Shown piece after piece: positions 7,681 to 15,823 of a DNA stretch of 27,290 bases (positions are counted from its first letter, which is position 1; every line of letters starts with the position of its first letter). The DNA comes from Cyclobacteriaceae bacterium (GTDB taxonomy: Bacteria > Bacteroidota > Bacteroidia > Cytophagales > Cyclobacteriaceae). The translations under genes and the position numbers were made by a program. Location of the stretch: assembly GCA_029861825.1 (NCBI GenBank), contig JAOTYN010000001.1, positions 1-27,290 on the forward strand, in the 5' to 3' direction. The notes beneath the pieces are model-generated. The model searched no databases, was not told the origin of the DNA, and saw nothing but the letters and a program-made list of their open reading frames with translations.

Positions 7681-8838
7681 ATGCAAGCATGGCAAGATCC
7701 CTCCATTGAAGAAATACGCACCAAATATCAATTGTTCGCTTCGGAAAATTTGGAAGGCGATTGGCGTCAGAGAGACGCAGACTTAGAATTTTCCGCCCAA
7801 AGATGGCAGCAATGCGCGGATTTGGGACTATTTGGGTTATCTATGAAGAAAGAGTATGGCGGGCAGGAGCTGCCTTATTCTCATACCATAGCGGCCCTTG
7901 AAGGATTATGTCAGGGATGCCACGACACGGGTTTTTTCTTTGCCATGGCTTCGCAAATAAGCGGTACTCAGCTGGCTTTACAGGCCTTGGGTTCGGAAGA
8001 TCTCAAGCAAAAATATCTGCCGGCGTTAATTTCAGGGAAGCACTTTACCAGTTTGGGATTCTCGGAACTTTCTGCGGGAAGCGATATATATTCCATCGAA
8101 ACCCGGGCTACCAAAACGAAGGGAGGTTATATTCTTGAGGGGAAAAAAGCTTTTATCACCAATTCCGCGGATGCCACCTGTTGTTTGGTTTTTGCCAAAA
8201 CGGCGGACAACCGCTCTCCCTTCGATTTTACGGCCTTCATGGTCGATTTGGACTGGGAGGGAGTATCTCATGGCGAACCTTTTGAGAAGTCCAGCTTACG
8301 AACTTGTTCGTTAGGTCAGTTACATTTTAATAAAGTATTTGTCCCTGAAGCCCATGTCATCGGCTCAGAAGGTGGAGGGCTAGCCGTTATAAAAGTATCT
8401 ATTGGCTGGGAGCGCATACTTTTAATGGCAGTTTGCCTGGGGCCCATGTCGCGGGTATTGGAAACTACCGTCGAGCAGACTAAAAATAGACAGCAATTCG
8501 GTCGCCCCATCGGTAAGTTCCAGCATATTTCAGGTAAGATTGCTGACATGGTGCTGAGGAGGAATATGTCCAGACTGGTAGTATACGACCTGGCAGGTCA
8601 ATTGTCTAAGGACGATGCCGTAGGGAAATTTTTGAAAGAGGTGGCGGTTACCAAGTTATACGTAACAGAGAATTACATTCAATTTATGTTGGATGCCACA
8701 CAGATTTGGGGAGGAAGGGGTGTATGCAAAGAATGGTCCATTCAGCAAGACATGAGAGATGCCCTTTCAAGCACGATTTGGGCGGGCACTTCCGAGACCC
8801 TTCGCAATACCATCGCCAAACTGGAAGGGGTAGGGTAG
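7681..8838 (+). CDS. ACAD-family flavoprotein resembling L-prolyl-carrier-protein dehydrogenases (PltE/RedW/AnaB type)
   Basis: W.QCADLGLFGL...EYGG, ALEGLCQGCHDTGFFFAM, KQKYLPALISG, AGSD, GWER (Glu at 8410-8412), QFGRPIGKFQ, RDALSSTIWAGTSE..RNTIAK. ACAD family is certain; the subfamily call is by motif recollection. Confidence 0.85.
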   Translation: MQAWQDPSIEEIRTKYQLFASENLEGDWRQRDADLEFSAQRWQQCADLGLFGLSMKKEYGGQELPYSHTIAALEGLCQGCHDTGFFFAMASQISGTQLALQALGSEDLKQKYLPALISGKHFTSLGFSELSAGSDIYSIETRATKTKGGYILEGKKAFITNSADATCCLVFAKTADNRSPFDFTAFMVDLDWEGVSHGEPFEKSSLRTCSLGQLHFNKVFVPEAHVIGSEGGGLAVIKVSIGWERILLMAVCLGPMSRVLETTVEQTKNRQQFGRPIGKFQHISGKIADMVLRRNMSRLVVYDLAGQLSKDDAVGKFLKEVAVTKLYVTENYIQFMLDATQIWGGRGVCKEWSIQQDMRDALSSTIWAGTSETLRNTIAKLEGVG

Positions 8839-8870
8839 ACCAGGTTTGAAAGTTTGTTCTTGGCCGAGTT

Positions 8871-8900
8871 TAGAATTTGAACCAGATTCTATATTTTAGT
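8871..8900 (+). terminator. Weak candidate intrinsic terminator after the ACAD pair
   Basis: TAGAATTTG-AAC-CAGATTCTA (9 bp with one G-U pair, AT-rich) followed by TATTTTAGT. Confidence 0.35.
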
Positions 8901-8937
8901 TTCTAATTGACCCCTGCATTTGGCCCTTGCCCCAAGT

Positions 8938-10734
8938 CTAAGCTTCATCAACCTCCAAAATACCTTCTTCTTCTATGAGGGCCCGAGCATCAGCCTTATC
9001 CTCTTCTAGGATCAGATCTTGCTGAACATATAATAGTTCGCCAAAGGTGATCAGTCGGTGACCGATCAGGTTTACGGTGGCGTTGTCATTCATCAGCGAA
9101 GTGGCCATTTCATTGGTAATCAGATTTTTACGGACTAGTTTGTCGATGGATCCGTCCATTAGCACATCGCTCTTGTCCAGCTTAGCTCGTAATTTCTGGA
9201 GCTTCCTTAGGTTTAGCTCCGGTTTATCTGCACGTTTTACCTCCTGGATCTCTCGCACTATTTTTAAAATGATCCGGCGCATGTCGTTGTACTCTTTCCT
9301 AATAAAATAGTTATCCGACCCGATGTATTTCGACATGTTTTTGTGCAGGGGTTTCATAGCTTTTACCACTGTAACCAGTTGACGGTTAGCATTCAAAATA
9401 TTACGAATCAACTCAATTTTCTCCTCATTCAACTCAAACTTGCTCTGGAGCATGGTAGCGTATTCTAATATGGTATTGTAAATGGTCTTGATCTTACCGT
9501 AGTACAGGGCGTCGATGTCTACTTCTATAACTTCATTGCGGTCTACAATGGCTTTTAGTTTCGCTCCTGATTCCACATCCGACCGGTGAACATTCAATCC
9601 ATGGGTAAGTGCCCGGTAAACGGAGTTTTCAAACAATCGAGTCGATTCCTTTAATAAAGCCGAAATACCGGTTTGAGGATAGCGTAAATCGGCTTCATTC
9701 AAATACATCGGTTGGTCGATATCTTTTTCAGGGTCGACCTTTTCCGGAACCAAACGCATTACCAGGGAGGCGATCAAGGGCACGAACCAGATCAAAACCA
9801 TAGTATTAATAATGTTGAAGGAGGTGTGGAATAACGAAAGGGCCACCGGAATAGCAGTGGCTTCCACGAAGGGCGAGGCCGACCCATCATTGGTAACGAA
9901 CCAGTCGATACCCTGCAGGAAAGGCACAAAGAATATGATCATCCAAGCTACCCCCAGCACATTAAATATAAAATGGGCACGGGCGGTACGCTTGGCATGG
10001 AAATTAGCTACCAAAGCTGCCAGGTTAGCGGTAATTGTGGTTCCCAGGTTCTCTCCCAACACCATGGCCACCGCCATATCAAAGGGGATCCAGCCTTCAT
10101 TGCACATAACCAGTGTGAGCGCCATGGTTGCGCTTGACGATTGTACCACAATGGTTAAGATGGTGCCAATCAACAGGAACAGCAGCACCGAGGGCAGTCC
10201 CATTTGGGTATACTTGGTTAAAAATTCTAATGCTCCCGGGTTGTTGGCGATATCAGGGACGGAGTCTTTTAGGAACTGCAGGCCAATAAAAAGTATGGCA
10301 AACCCCACAATGAAATACCCCCAATGTTTGCGTGTTTTGTTTTTGGCAAAGGTCAACAAGAATCCAAACCCTACCAGGGGTAATGCAATTGCGCTCATGC
10401 TCACCTTAAAACCCAATATGGTAATGAGCCAGGCCGTAACAGTGGTTCCGATGTTGGCGCCCATAATCACTCCAATGGATTCACCCAGAGTGAGTAGGGC
10501 TGCATTGGAAAAACTAACCACCATTAGGGTAGTAGCAGATGAGGATTGAATTACTGAGGTGATAAGAAATCCGGTGAAGACTGCAAACATCCGATTGGAT
10601 GTCATAGTAGCCAGGATAGTACGCATTTTGTCCCCGGCGACTTCCATCAACGCATCACTCATCACCTTCATTCCAAAAAGAAAGAGCCCTAATGACCCGG
10701 CTAAGGTTAATATTTCACCGATACCGAATTGCAT
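8938..10734 (-). CDS. Na/Pi cotransporter family (NptA/YjbB-like) with soluble PhoU-like C-terminal region
   Basis: Two repeats with the QSSSAT signature (VIQSSSATT, VVQSSSATM), GANIGTT and GENLGTT; helical cytoplasmic tail. Confidence 0.93.
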   Translation of the reverse strand: MQFGIGEILTLAGSLGLFLFGMKVMSDALMEVAGDKMRTILATMTSNRMFAVFTGFLITSVIQSSSATTLMVVSFSNAALLTLGESIGVIMGANIGTTVTAWLITILGFKVSMSAIALPLVGFGFLLTFAKNKTRKHWGYFIVGFAILFIGLQFLKDSVPDIANNPGALEFLTKYTQMGLPSVLLFLLIGTILTIVVQSSSATMALTLVMCNEGWIPFDMAVAMVLGENLGTTITANLAALVANFHAKRTARAHFIFNVLGVAWMIIFFVPFLQGIDWFVTNDGSASPFVEATAIPVALSLFHTSFNIINTMVLIWFVPLIASLVMRLVPEKVDPEKDIDQPMYLNEADLRYPQTGISALLKESTRLFENSVYRALTHGLNVHRSDVESGAKLKAIVDRNEVIEVDIDALYYGKIKTIYNTILEYATMLQSKFELNEEKIELIRNILNANRQLVTVVKAMKPLHKNMSKYIGSDNYFIRKEYNDMRRIILKIVREIQEVKRADKPELNLRKLQKLRAKLDKSDVLMDGSIDKLVRKNLITNEMATSLMNDNATVNLIGHRLITFGELLYVQQDLILEEDKADARALIEEEGILEVDEA

Positions 10735-10768
10735 AGTTTACTCGTGGATTAGTTTTTCATGATATTAG

Positions 10769-10812
10769 TTAACATTTAGGTTACATTAACTTAACAATTA
10801 ATTCACATTTAA
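10769..10812 (+). promoter_or_regulatory. Pho-box-like array of four direct repeats at exact 11-bp period
   Basis: TTAACAT-TTAG / GTTACAT-TAAC / TTAACAA-TTAA / TTCACAT-TTAA starting at 10769, 10780, 10791 and 10802; lies between two divergent phosphate transporters. Confidence 0.75.
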
Positions 10813-10879
10813 ATTAATATAAATAATTGGTTATTTTTACTACTTTCATGACCTTGAGCTCTCGTTAAACTTCCGAATA

Positions 10880-13252
10880 ATGGCTTCATTCTATCTAATT
10901 CTGGTGGTGGTATTGTTTCTGCTGGCGATATCGGACCTGGTGGTTGGTGTAAGTAACGATGCCGTCAACTTCTTGAACTCCGCGGTAGGCGCGAAAGCAG
11001 CTGCATTTAAGGTCATAATGACCGTAGCCGCATTAGGGGTCTTAGTGGGCGCTACTTTCTCCAGTGGTATGATGGAAGTTGCACGTAAAGGTATCTTCCA
11101 CCCGGAGTTTTTCTATTTCTCGGAGATAATTATTCTCTTTTTGGCGGTTATGGTTACTGATGTGATCCTGTTGGATACCTTTAATACCTTCGGTATGCCC
11201 ACCTCTACCACAGTATCCATAGTTTTTGAGTTACTGGGGGCGGCCGTAGCCATTGCAGCGGTAAAGATATTTACCGATCCCAATGCTTTAGCTCTTTATG
11301 AATATATCAATTCTGCCAAAGCCCTGGCTATCATTTCCGGGATACTACTGTCCGTAGTTATTGCGTTCACCTGTGGTGTATTAGTGCAATACCTTAGTCG
11401 TTTATTGTTCTCATTCGACTATGAAAAGAGAATGCGTCAATACGGAGCTATTTGGGGAGGACTGGGGGTGATGGCTATCACCTATTTCATGTTGATCAAG
11501 GGTGTAAAGGGGGCATCTTTTATGAGTGTTAATATCGTGACCGCTGTGGGTGAAAACACTATTGTCATCCTTCTGGGAAGCTTTGTTGGTTGGACCCTAA
11601 TCCTCTATCTTCTTAATCGGGTGTTTAAAGTTAACATCCTTCAGGTACTGGTATTGGTGGGTACCTTTGCTTTAGCCATGGCTTTTGCGGGGAATGACCT
11701 GGTGAATTTTATTGGGGTGCCTCTGGCAGGATATAATTCCTACCTGCTGTTTACTGAATCGGGAAGCGGTGCAGATCAGTTGTTGATGGATGGCTTAGCC
11801 GGTAAAGTACCTACACCTACTTTACTACTACTACTGGCCGGACTAATTATGGTGATTACCCTGTACACTTCCAGGAAAGCGAAATCCGTGGTAAAAACCT
11901 CATTGGACCTTGGAAGGCAGGATGAAGGACAAGAGCGTTTCTCTTCCTTCGTACTTTCCAGACGGATTGTCCGGAATTTCGCCAGTGCCGCCACGGCCAT
12001 AAACAATGCCTTGCCCGAGAAATGGACGCAAGGAGTGAAACGTCAATTCGACCATTCTCCTTTCACCAAGCGCCAACGAGTTCAGGGTAAAGAAGCCCCT
12101 GTTTTTGATATGATCAGAGCATCTGTGACTCTGGTGGTAGCCAGTATCCTCATCGCTATTGGTACTAATCTTAAACTGCCCCTGTCCACCACTTATGTGA
12201 CTTTTATGGTCTTCATGGGTACTTCATTGGCCGATGGAGCCTGGGGACGGGAAAGTGCTGTTTACCGGGTTTCTGGAGTTCTTTCCGTGATAGGAGGCTG
12301 GTTCTTTACGGCATTTTCAGCCTTTATCGTGGCCTTTGCCATGGCGTTGATCTTTCATTTTGGAGGCTTGATAGCCATCAGCATAACTTTGGTTATCGCG
12401 GGAATTCTGATCTATAGAACCCACCGCTATCACGGAAAACGATTGAAAGAGCAGGTGGCCTTTGAAAAAAGCTTTGATGAGGGAACGCTAACCGGCGAAA
12501 AGCTAGTTAGCTTAAGTCACAAGCAGCTCAAAACATTCCTGATCCAATTTGAAACCCAGGTGGACTCTTCATTAAAGGGTCTGAAGGAAGAAAACCTGAA
12601 CATTTTAAATCATTCTTATCAAACTTTCAGACCGGTCTTAGGCCAGGTGCGAAGATTGAAAACAATTTCCAGTAATTTTCTAGACCGCGTACCGGAATCC
12701 GATCTGGAAGCTGGACATCTGTATATCCTGGTGGTGGACTATTTGTATGAGATGGGTAAACTGACTATGGATATGATTGAAAACAATCTCAATCATGTGG
12801 ACAATAATCATAAGCCGTTGCTTCCGGAACAGATGGAGGAGTTGATGTCCTTGCATGATATGCTTAGGGAACGGTATCAGTCCATTATTGAGGTTTTCAA
12901 AACAAGTGACCAAGAGCTCACCGGTAAACTGTACGACCATGTGATTACTTATGTGAACATCATTCGCAATGTTCGTAAGAAACAAATCAAAAGGATCAAA
13001 AATCACGAGGTTGGAACCCGTAACAGTGCTCTTTACCTGGGTCACTTAGGAGAATTAAGAAATCTAGGTTTGTTCTCAAATCGTATTGTTAGGGTCCTCG
13101 ATGAATTAATTCTGAATCCACATGACGACGGGGAGTTCTCCGTGGACAGGATAAAGAGGGAGTTAAAGCAATTGCGTAAGGAAGTGAAAACCATCCCCCT
13201 GGAATCGGATAAGGATCTCCCCAAAGCATCTGGTGAGGGAGAAAAAACTTAA
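10880..13252 (+). CDS. Inorganic phosphate transporter (PiT/PHO4 family) with long PhoU-like C-terminal domain
   Basis: GVSNDAVNFLNSAVG and AFAGNDLVNFIGVP signature pair, MPTSTT, LPLSTTYV; about 270-aa soluble helical tail. Confidence 0.93.
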   Translation: MASFYLILVVVLFLLAISDLVVGVSNDAVNFLNSAVGAKAAAFKVIMTVAALGVLVGATFSSGMMEVARKGIFHPEFFYFSEIIILFLAVMVTDVILLDTFNTFGMPTSTTVSIVFELLGAAVAIAAVKIFTDPNALALYEYINSAKALAIISGILLSVVIAFTCGVLVQYLSRLLFSFDYEKRMRQYGAIWGGLGVMAITYFMLIKGVKGASFMSVNIVTAVGENTIVILLGSFVGWTLILYLLNRVFKVNILQVLVLVGTFALAMAFAGNDLVNFIGVPLAGYNSYLLFTESGSGADQLLMDGLAGKVPTPTLLLLLAGLIMVITLYTSRKAKSVVKTSLDLGRQDEGQERFSSFVLSRRIVRNFASAATAINNALPEKWTQGVKRQFDHSPFTKRQRVQGKEAPVFDMIRASVTLVVASILIAIGTNLKLPLSTTYVTFMVFMGTSLADGAWGRESAVYRVSGVLSVIGGWFFTAFSAFIVAFAMALIFHFGGLIAISITLVIAGILIYRTHRYHGKRLKEQVAFEKSFDEGTLTGEKLVSLSHKQLKTFLIQFETQVDSSLKGLKEENLNILNHSYQTFRPVLGQVRRLKTISSNFLDRVPESDLEAGHLYILVVDYLYEMGKLTMDMIENNLNHVDNNHKPLLPEQMEELMSLHDMLRERYQSIIEVFKTSDQELTGKLYDHVITYVNIIRNVRKKQIKRIKNHEVGTRNSALYLGHLGELRNLGLFSNRIVRVLDELILNPHDDGEFSVDRIKRELKQLRKEVKTIPLESDKDLPKASGEGEKT

Positions 13253-13255
13253 TAC

Positions 13256-13576
13256 TTACTTTCTTACCAACGGTCTTATCTTTTTCAATACTTCGATGGC
13301 TGAGTGTTTGTTGTGGTTCCGATAAAGATGTCTTCCTTGGTGTACCACCAAAAGTCTCCAAAGTGTACGCCATTGCTCACTCTAATAAGATCTCACCTTC
13401 CTGTTCAATTATTATAGAGCCCGGAAGCCTTGATCAGCCAGCTCCTTAAGTGTATCATGTACGGATTGCGCCAGCTCTCCCTTGATCACTTCTGGTTGAT
13501 TGATCTGACTATGGATCAAGGGAATTTGCACGATCATCCATAGTAAGAGAAAAAAGCTGATTCTTGAGATTGGCAT
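13256..13576 (-). pseudogene. Collapsed remnant of a secreted serine hydrolase (beta-lactamase/AmpC-like fold)
   Basis: Signal peptide MPISRISFFLLLWMIVQIPLIHS|Q, then LKELADQGF, a frameshift to GSIIIEQEGEILL, a junction near 13380 to SNGVHFGDFWWYTKEDIFI, and a further shift to NHNKHSAIEVLKKIRPLVRK* (TAA at 13258-13256). The GF[S]G.iii...G.il and G..f.df..y.ke.ifi segments resemble the N- and C-termini of that family; the catalytic SxxK core is absent. Confidence 0.55.
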
Positions 13577-13769
13577 AGGAACGGACTTTGTTCGCACCGC
13601 TTAACTTACGTAAAAGATGTGTTCCGACAGGGCATCAGTCTGAAAATCGACTTCAACGGCCTTCAGTAGCTATGGCTAGTCGGTATCCAACTTTTTTATG
13701 AGACTCTCACCAACTATTTTGGTAATTCGAACGTTTATAAATTACAACCTATATTAACGGGTCAATAGG

Positions 13770-13871
13770 ATGAGGCGCGATAAAGAGAAAATCAAATCTT
13801 TAGTGAAGAAATTGGGTATTACGTTGGCCGTAATGCTTCTCCTGTTCATTCTCCATCTGGTGTCATATTAG
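13770..13871 (+). CDS. Putative 33-aa single-pass membrane small protein (not in the ORF track)
   Basis: MRRDKEKIKSLVKKLGITLAVMLLLFILHLVSY*: basic N-terminus plus a 19-aa hydrophobic helix; A at -3; fills an otherwise empty intergenic gap. Confidence 0.5.
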   Translation: MRRDKEKIKSLVKKLGITLAVMLLLFILHLVSY

Positions 13872-13939
13872 TTGGTAATGTAACCTCCACAATTTCATTT
13901 TATTTTAGACGATGCTTACCCATTGTGCAGAGCACCCTT

Positions 13940-13947
13940 TATATTTG
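13940..13947 (+). promoter_or_regulatory. Bacteroidota -7 promoter element for the HAD/S2P pair
   Basis: TATATTTG matches TAnnTTTG, 15 nt before the GTG start; no clear -33 TTTG. Confidence 0.55.
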
Positions 13948-13962
13948 GGTTTTTAAAATCAC

Positions 13963-14601
13963 GTGCCTGCACTCAATAACATAAAGAATATCATTTTTGA
14001 TCTGGGAAATGTTATTATTGATCTGGATTTCCCGGCCACATTTCAGTGCTTTTCGGAGCTAAGCGGACTTAGTCCCCACGAGGTAAAGGATCGTACCCAG
14101 GGACTAATGTTTTTTGTGGAATATGAAAAAGGTTTGATCAGTTCACAAGTATTCCGCGAACAAGTGCGAGAACTGCTGGGGTTATCTGTGGAAGATCACC
14201 AGATCGACCGAGCCTGGAACAGTATGCTGGGTGGAATACCAGCGGAACGCCTGCAGCTGTTGAAGGATCTCCAACCCCATTTTAGAACGTTTGCCTTAAG
14301 CAATACCAATGAAATTCACGTACAGGAGTTTAACAATATTATCGCACGCTCCACCGGAAGTGTGCAGTCTTTTATGGATCATTTCGAAAAGGTCTACTAT
14401 TCTTGCCACATGAAAATGCGAAAACCTGAAGCGCAGATCTACCAGAAAGTACTGCATGAGCAGAATTTGCGGCCCCAGGAAACGCTATTTATCGACGATA
14501 ACCTGAGCAATATAGAAAGTGCATCTAGCCTTGGAGTACGCACCGTTCATCTTACTAACCCAGGCGACTTAATCTCTTTGTTTAATGGAGCCATTGGATA
14601 G
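13963..14601 (+). CDS. HAD-family phosphatase (YihX/glucose-1-phosphatase-like)
   Basis: Motif I FDLGNVIID, motif II ALSNTN, motif III MRKP, motif IV LFIDD; GTG start. Confidence 0.92.
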   Translation: MPALNNIKNIIFDLGNVIIDLDFPATFQCFSELSGLSPHEVKDRTQGLMFFVEYEKGLISSQVFREQVRELLGLSVEDHQIDRAWNSMLGGIPAERLQLLKDLQPHFRTFALSNTNEIHVQEFNNIIARSTGSVQSFMDHFEKVYYSCHMKMRKPEAQIYQKVLHEQNLRPQETLFIDDNLSNIESASSLGVRTVHLTNPGDLISLFNGAIG

Positions 14602-15823
14602 TAGTATAGAGTCACCTGCCACGGAGAATGAGGTGCCGGTTAATCGTTGGAAGACTTACGGAATCCATCTAGGGTTGTTTTTACTTACTTTGATCGGCAC
14701 TACTTTCGCCGGTGCTGAATGGAGCGAAGGTAGCGTAGTGGGTATGGAAGGTTATGGCTGGAGTAATTTTACAGCCGGATTTGGATTCTCTATTCCCTTT
14801 CTCTCTTTTTTAACCTGTCATGAATTTGGTCATTACTTCACTGCCCGCAGATACAATATCAAGACCACCCTGCCTTATTACATCCCTTTTTGGTTGGGAT
14901 TTTTCCCATTGTTAGGTGGCTATTTTTTTCCTTCGATCGGGACTTTTGGGGCGGTGATCCGTATCAAGGAACAGATCAAGACCCGATGGCATTACTTCGA
15001 TGTGGGAATTGCCGGCCCATTGGCAGGGTTTGTGGTAGCCATTGGTGTGTTGACCTTTGCTTTTACTCATTTGCCTCCTCCAGAACATATTTTCACCATC
15101 CACCCGGAATATGAGCAATATGGTTTGGATTATGCGGACTATGCTTACAGTGAACCCCGTGATCAACCGGGAATAGCGTTTGTGATGGGTACTAACTTAA
15201 TTATGGAGTTCTACAAACATGTAATAGCCGAAGATCCGAGTTTGGTACCCAATACCTTTGAGTTAGTACATTACCCCTGGTTGTTTGCCGGTTTTCTGGC
15301 GCTGCTTTTCACGGCCCTCAACTTATTGCCTATCGGTCAATTGGATGGTGGACACATCATTTACGGGCTTTTCGGCCCCAAAATGCATAAGATCTTGTCT
15401 GTTACCTTTATGCTGATGCTGGTATTCTATGCAGGCTTGGGATTGATCACCCCAGAGCATCTCAATGGAATGATCAGCTTTAGGCCCGATAAATGGTATC
15501 AAGCTCCTTTATATTTCTGGTTCCTCAACATTGTTTTTTTTCGAATATTCCCACAGTGGCAGCAGCGCCTAATGTGGTGCCTGGGCATACTGGCGCTACA
15601 ATTGTCCCTGCTATTGACCTTCCCGGGAATTGAAGGTTATCCGGGCTGGTTGTTGTTTGCCTTTTTATTGGGACGAATTATGGGGGCAGGGCATCCAATT
15701 CCGTTACAAGATGAGCCGTTGGATTTTAACCGTAAACTTTTGGGCTGGCTGGCTATCTTGATCTTTATCTTATGCTTTTCACCGGCGCCTTTGCAGGTGG
15801 TGGAATTGGGTGTAGTGGATTAG
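14585..15823 (+). CDS. Site-2 protease family (M50) intramembrane zinc metalloprotease
   Basis: HEFGH, GIAGPLAGF, NLLPIGQLDGGH; multiple TM helices; 17-nt overlap with the HAD gene. Confidence 0.93.
   Translation: MEPLDSSIESPATENEVPVNRWKTYGIHLGLFLLTLIGTTFAGAEWSEGSVVGMEGYGWSNFTAGFGFSIPFLSFLTCHEFGHYFTARRYNIKTTLPYYIPFWLGFFPLLGGYFFPSIGTFGAVIRIKEQIKTRWHYFDVGIAGPLAGFVVAIGVLTFAFTHLPPPEHIFTIHPEYEQYGLDYADYAYSEPRDQPGIAFVMGTNLIMEFYKHVIAEDPSLVPNTFELVHYPWLFAGFLALLFTALNLLPIGQLDGGHIIYGLFGPKMHKILSVTFMLMLVFYAGLGLITPEHLNGMISFRPDKWYQAPLYFWFLNIVFFRIFPQWQQRLMWCLGILALQLSLLLTFPGIEGYPGWLLFAFLLGRIMGAGHPIPLQDEPLDFNRKLLGWLAILIFILCFSPAPLQVVELGVVD

Noticed and set aside
9812-10549. 245-aa plus-strand ORF, and the other 60-160-aa ORFs nested in or antisense to called genes (e.g. 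4575-4832, 16848-17189, 19489-19869, 20064-20606, 23898-24266, 24779-25258)
   Set aside because: They lie inside well-supported genes, have no motifs and are the expected shadow ORFs of coding sequence.
10769-10812. Repeats as a CRISPR array or VNTR
   Set aside because: Units are 11 bp, degenerate and have no spacers; helical-turn periodicity fits a protein-binding site.
13601-13740. Minus-strand reading INVRITKIVGESLIKKLDTD*P*LLKAVEVDFQTDALSEHIFYVS* as a second pseudogene
   Set aside because: Protein-like composition, but two internal stops, no start and no family I can recognise; a blastx hit would be needed to support it.
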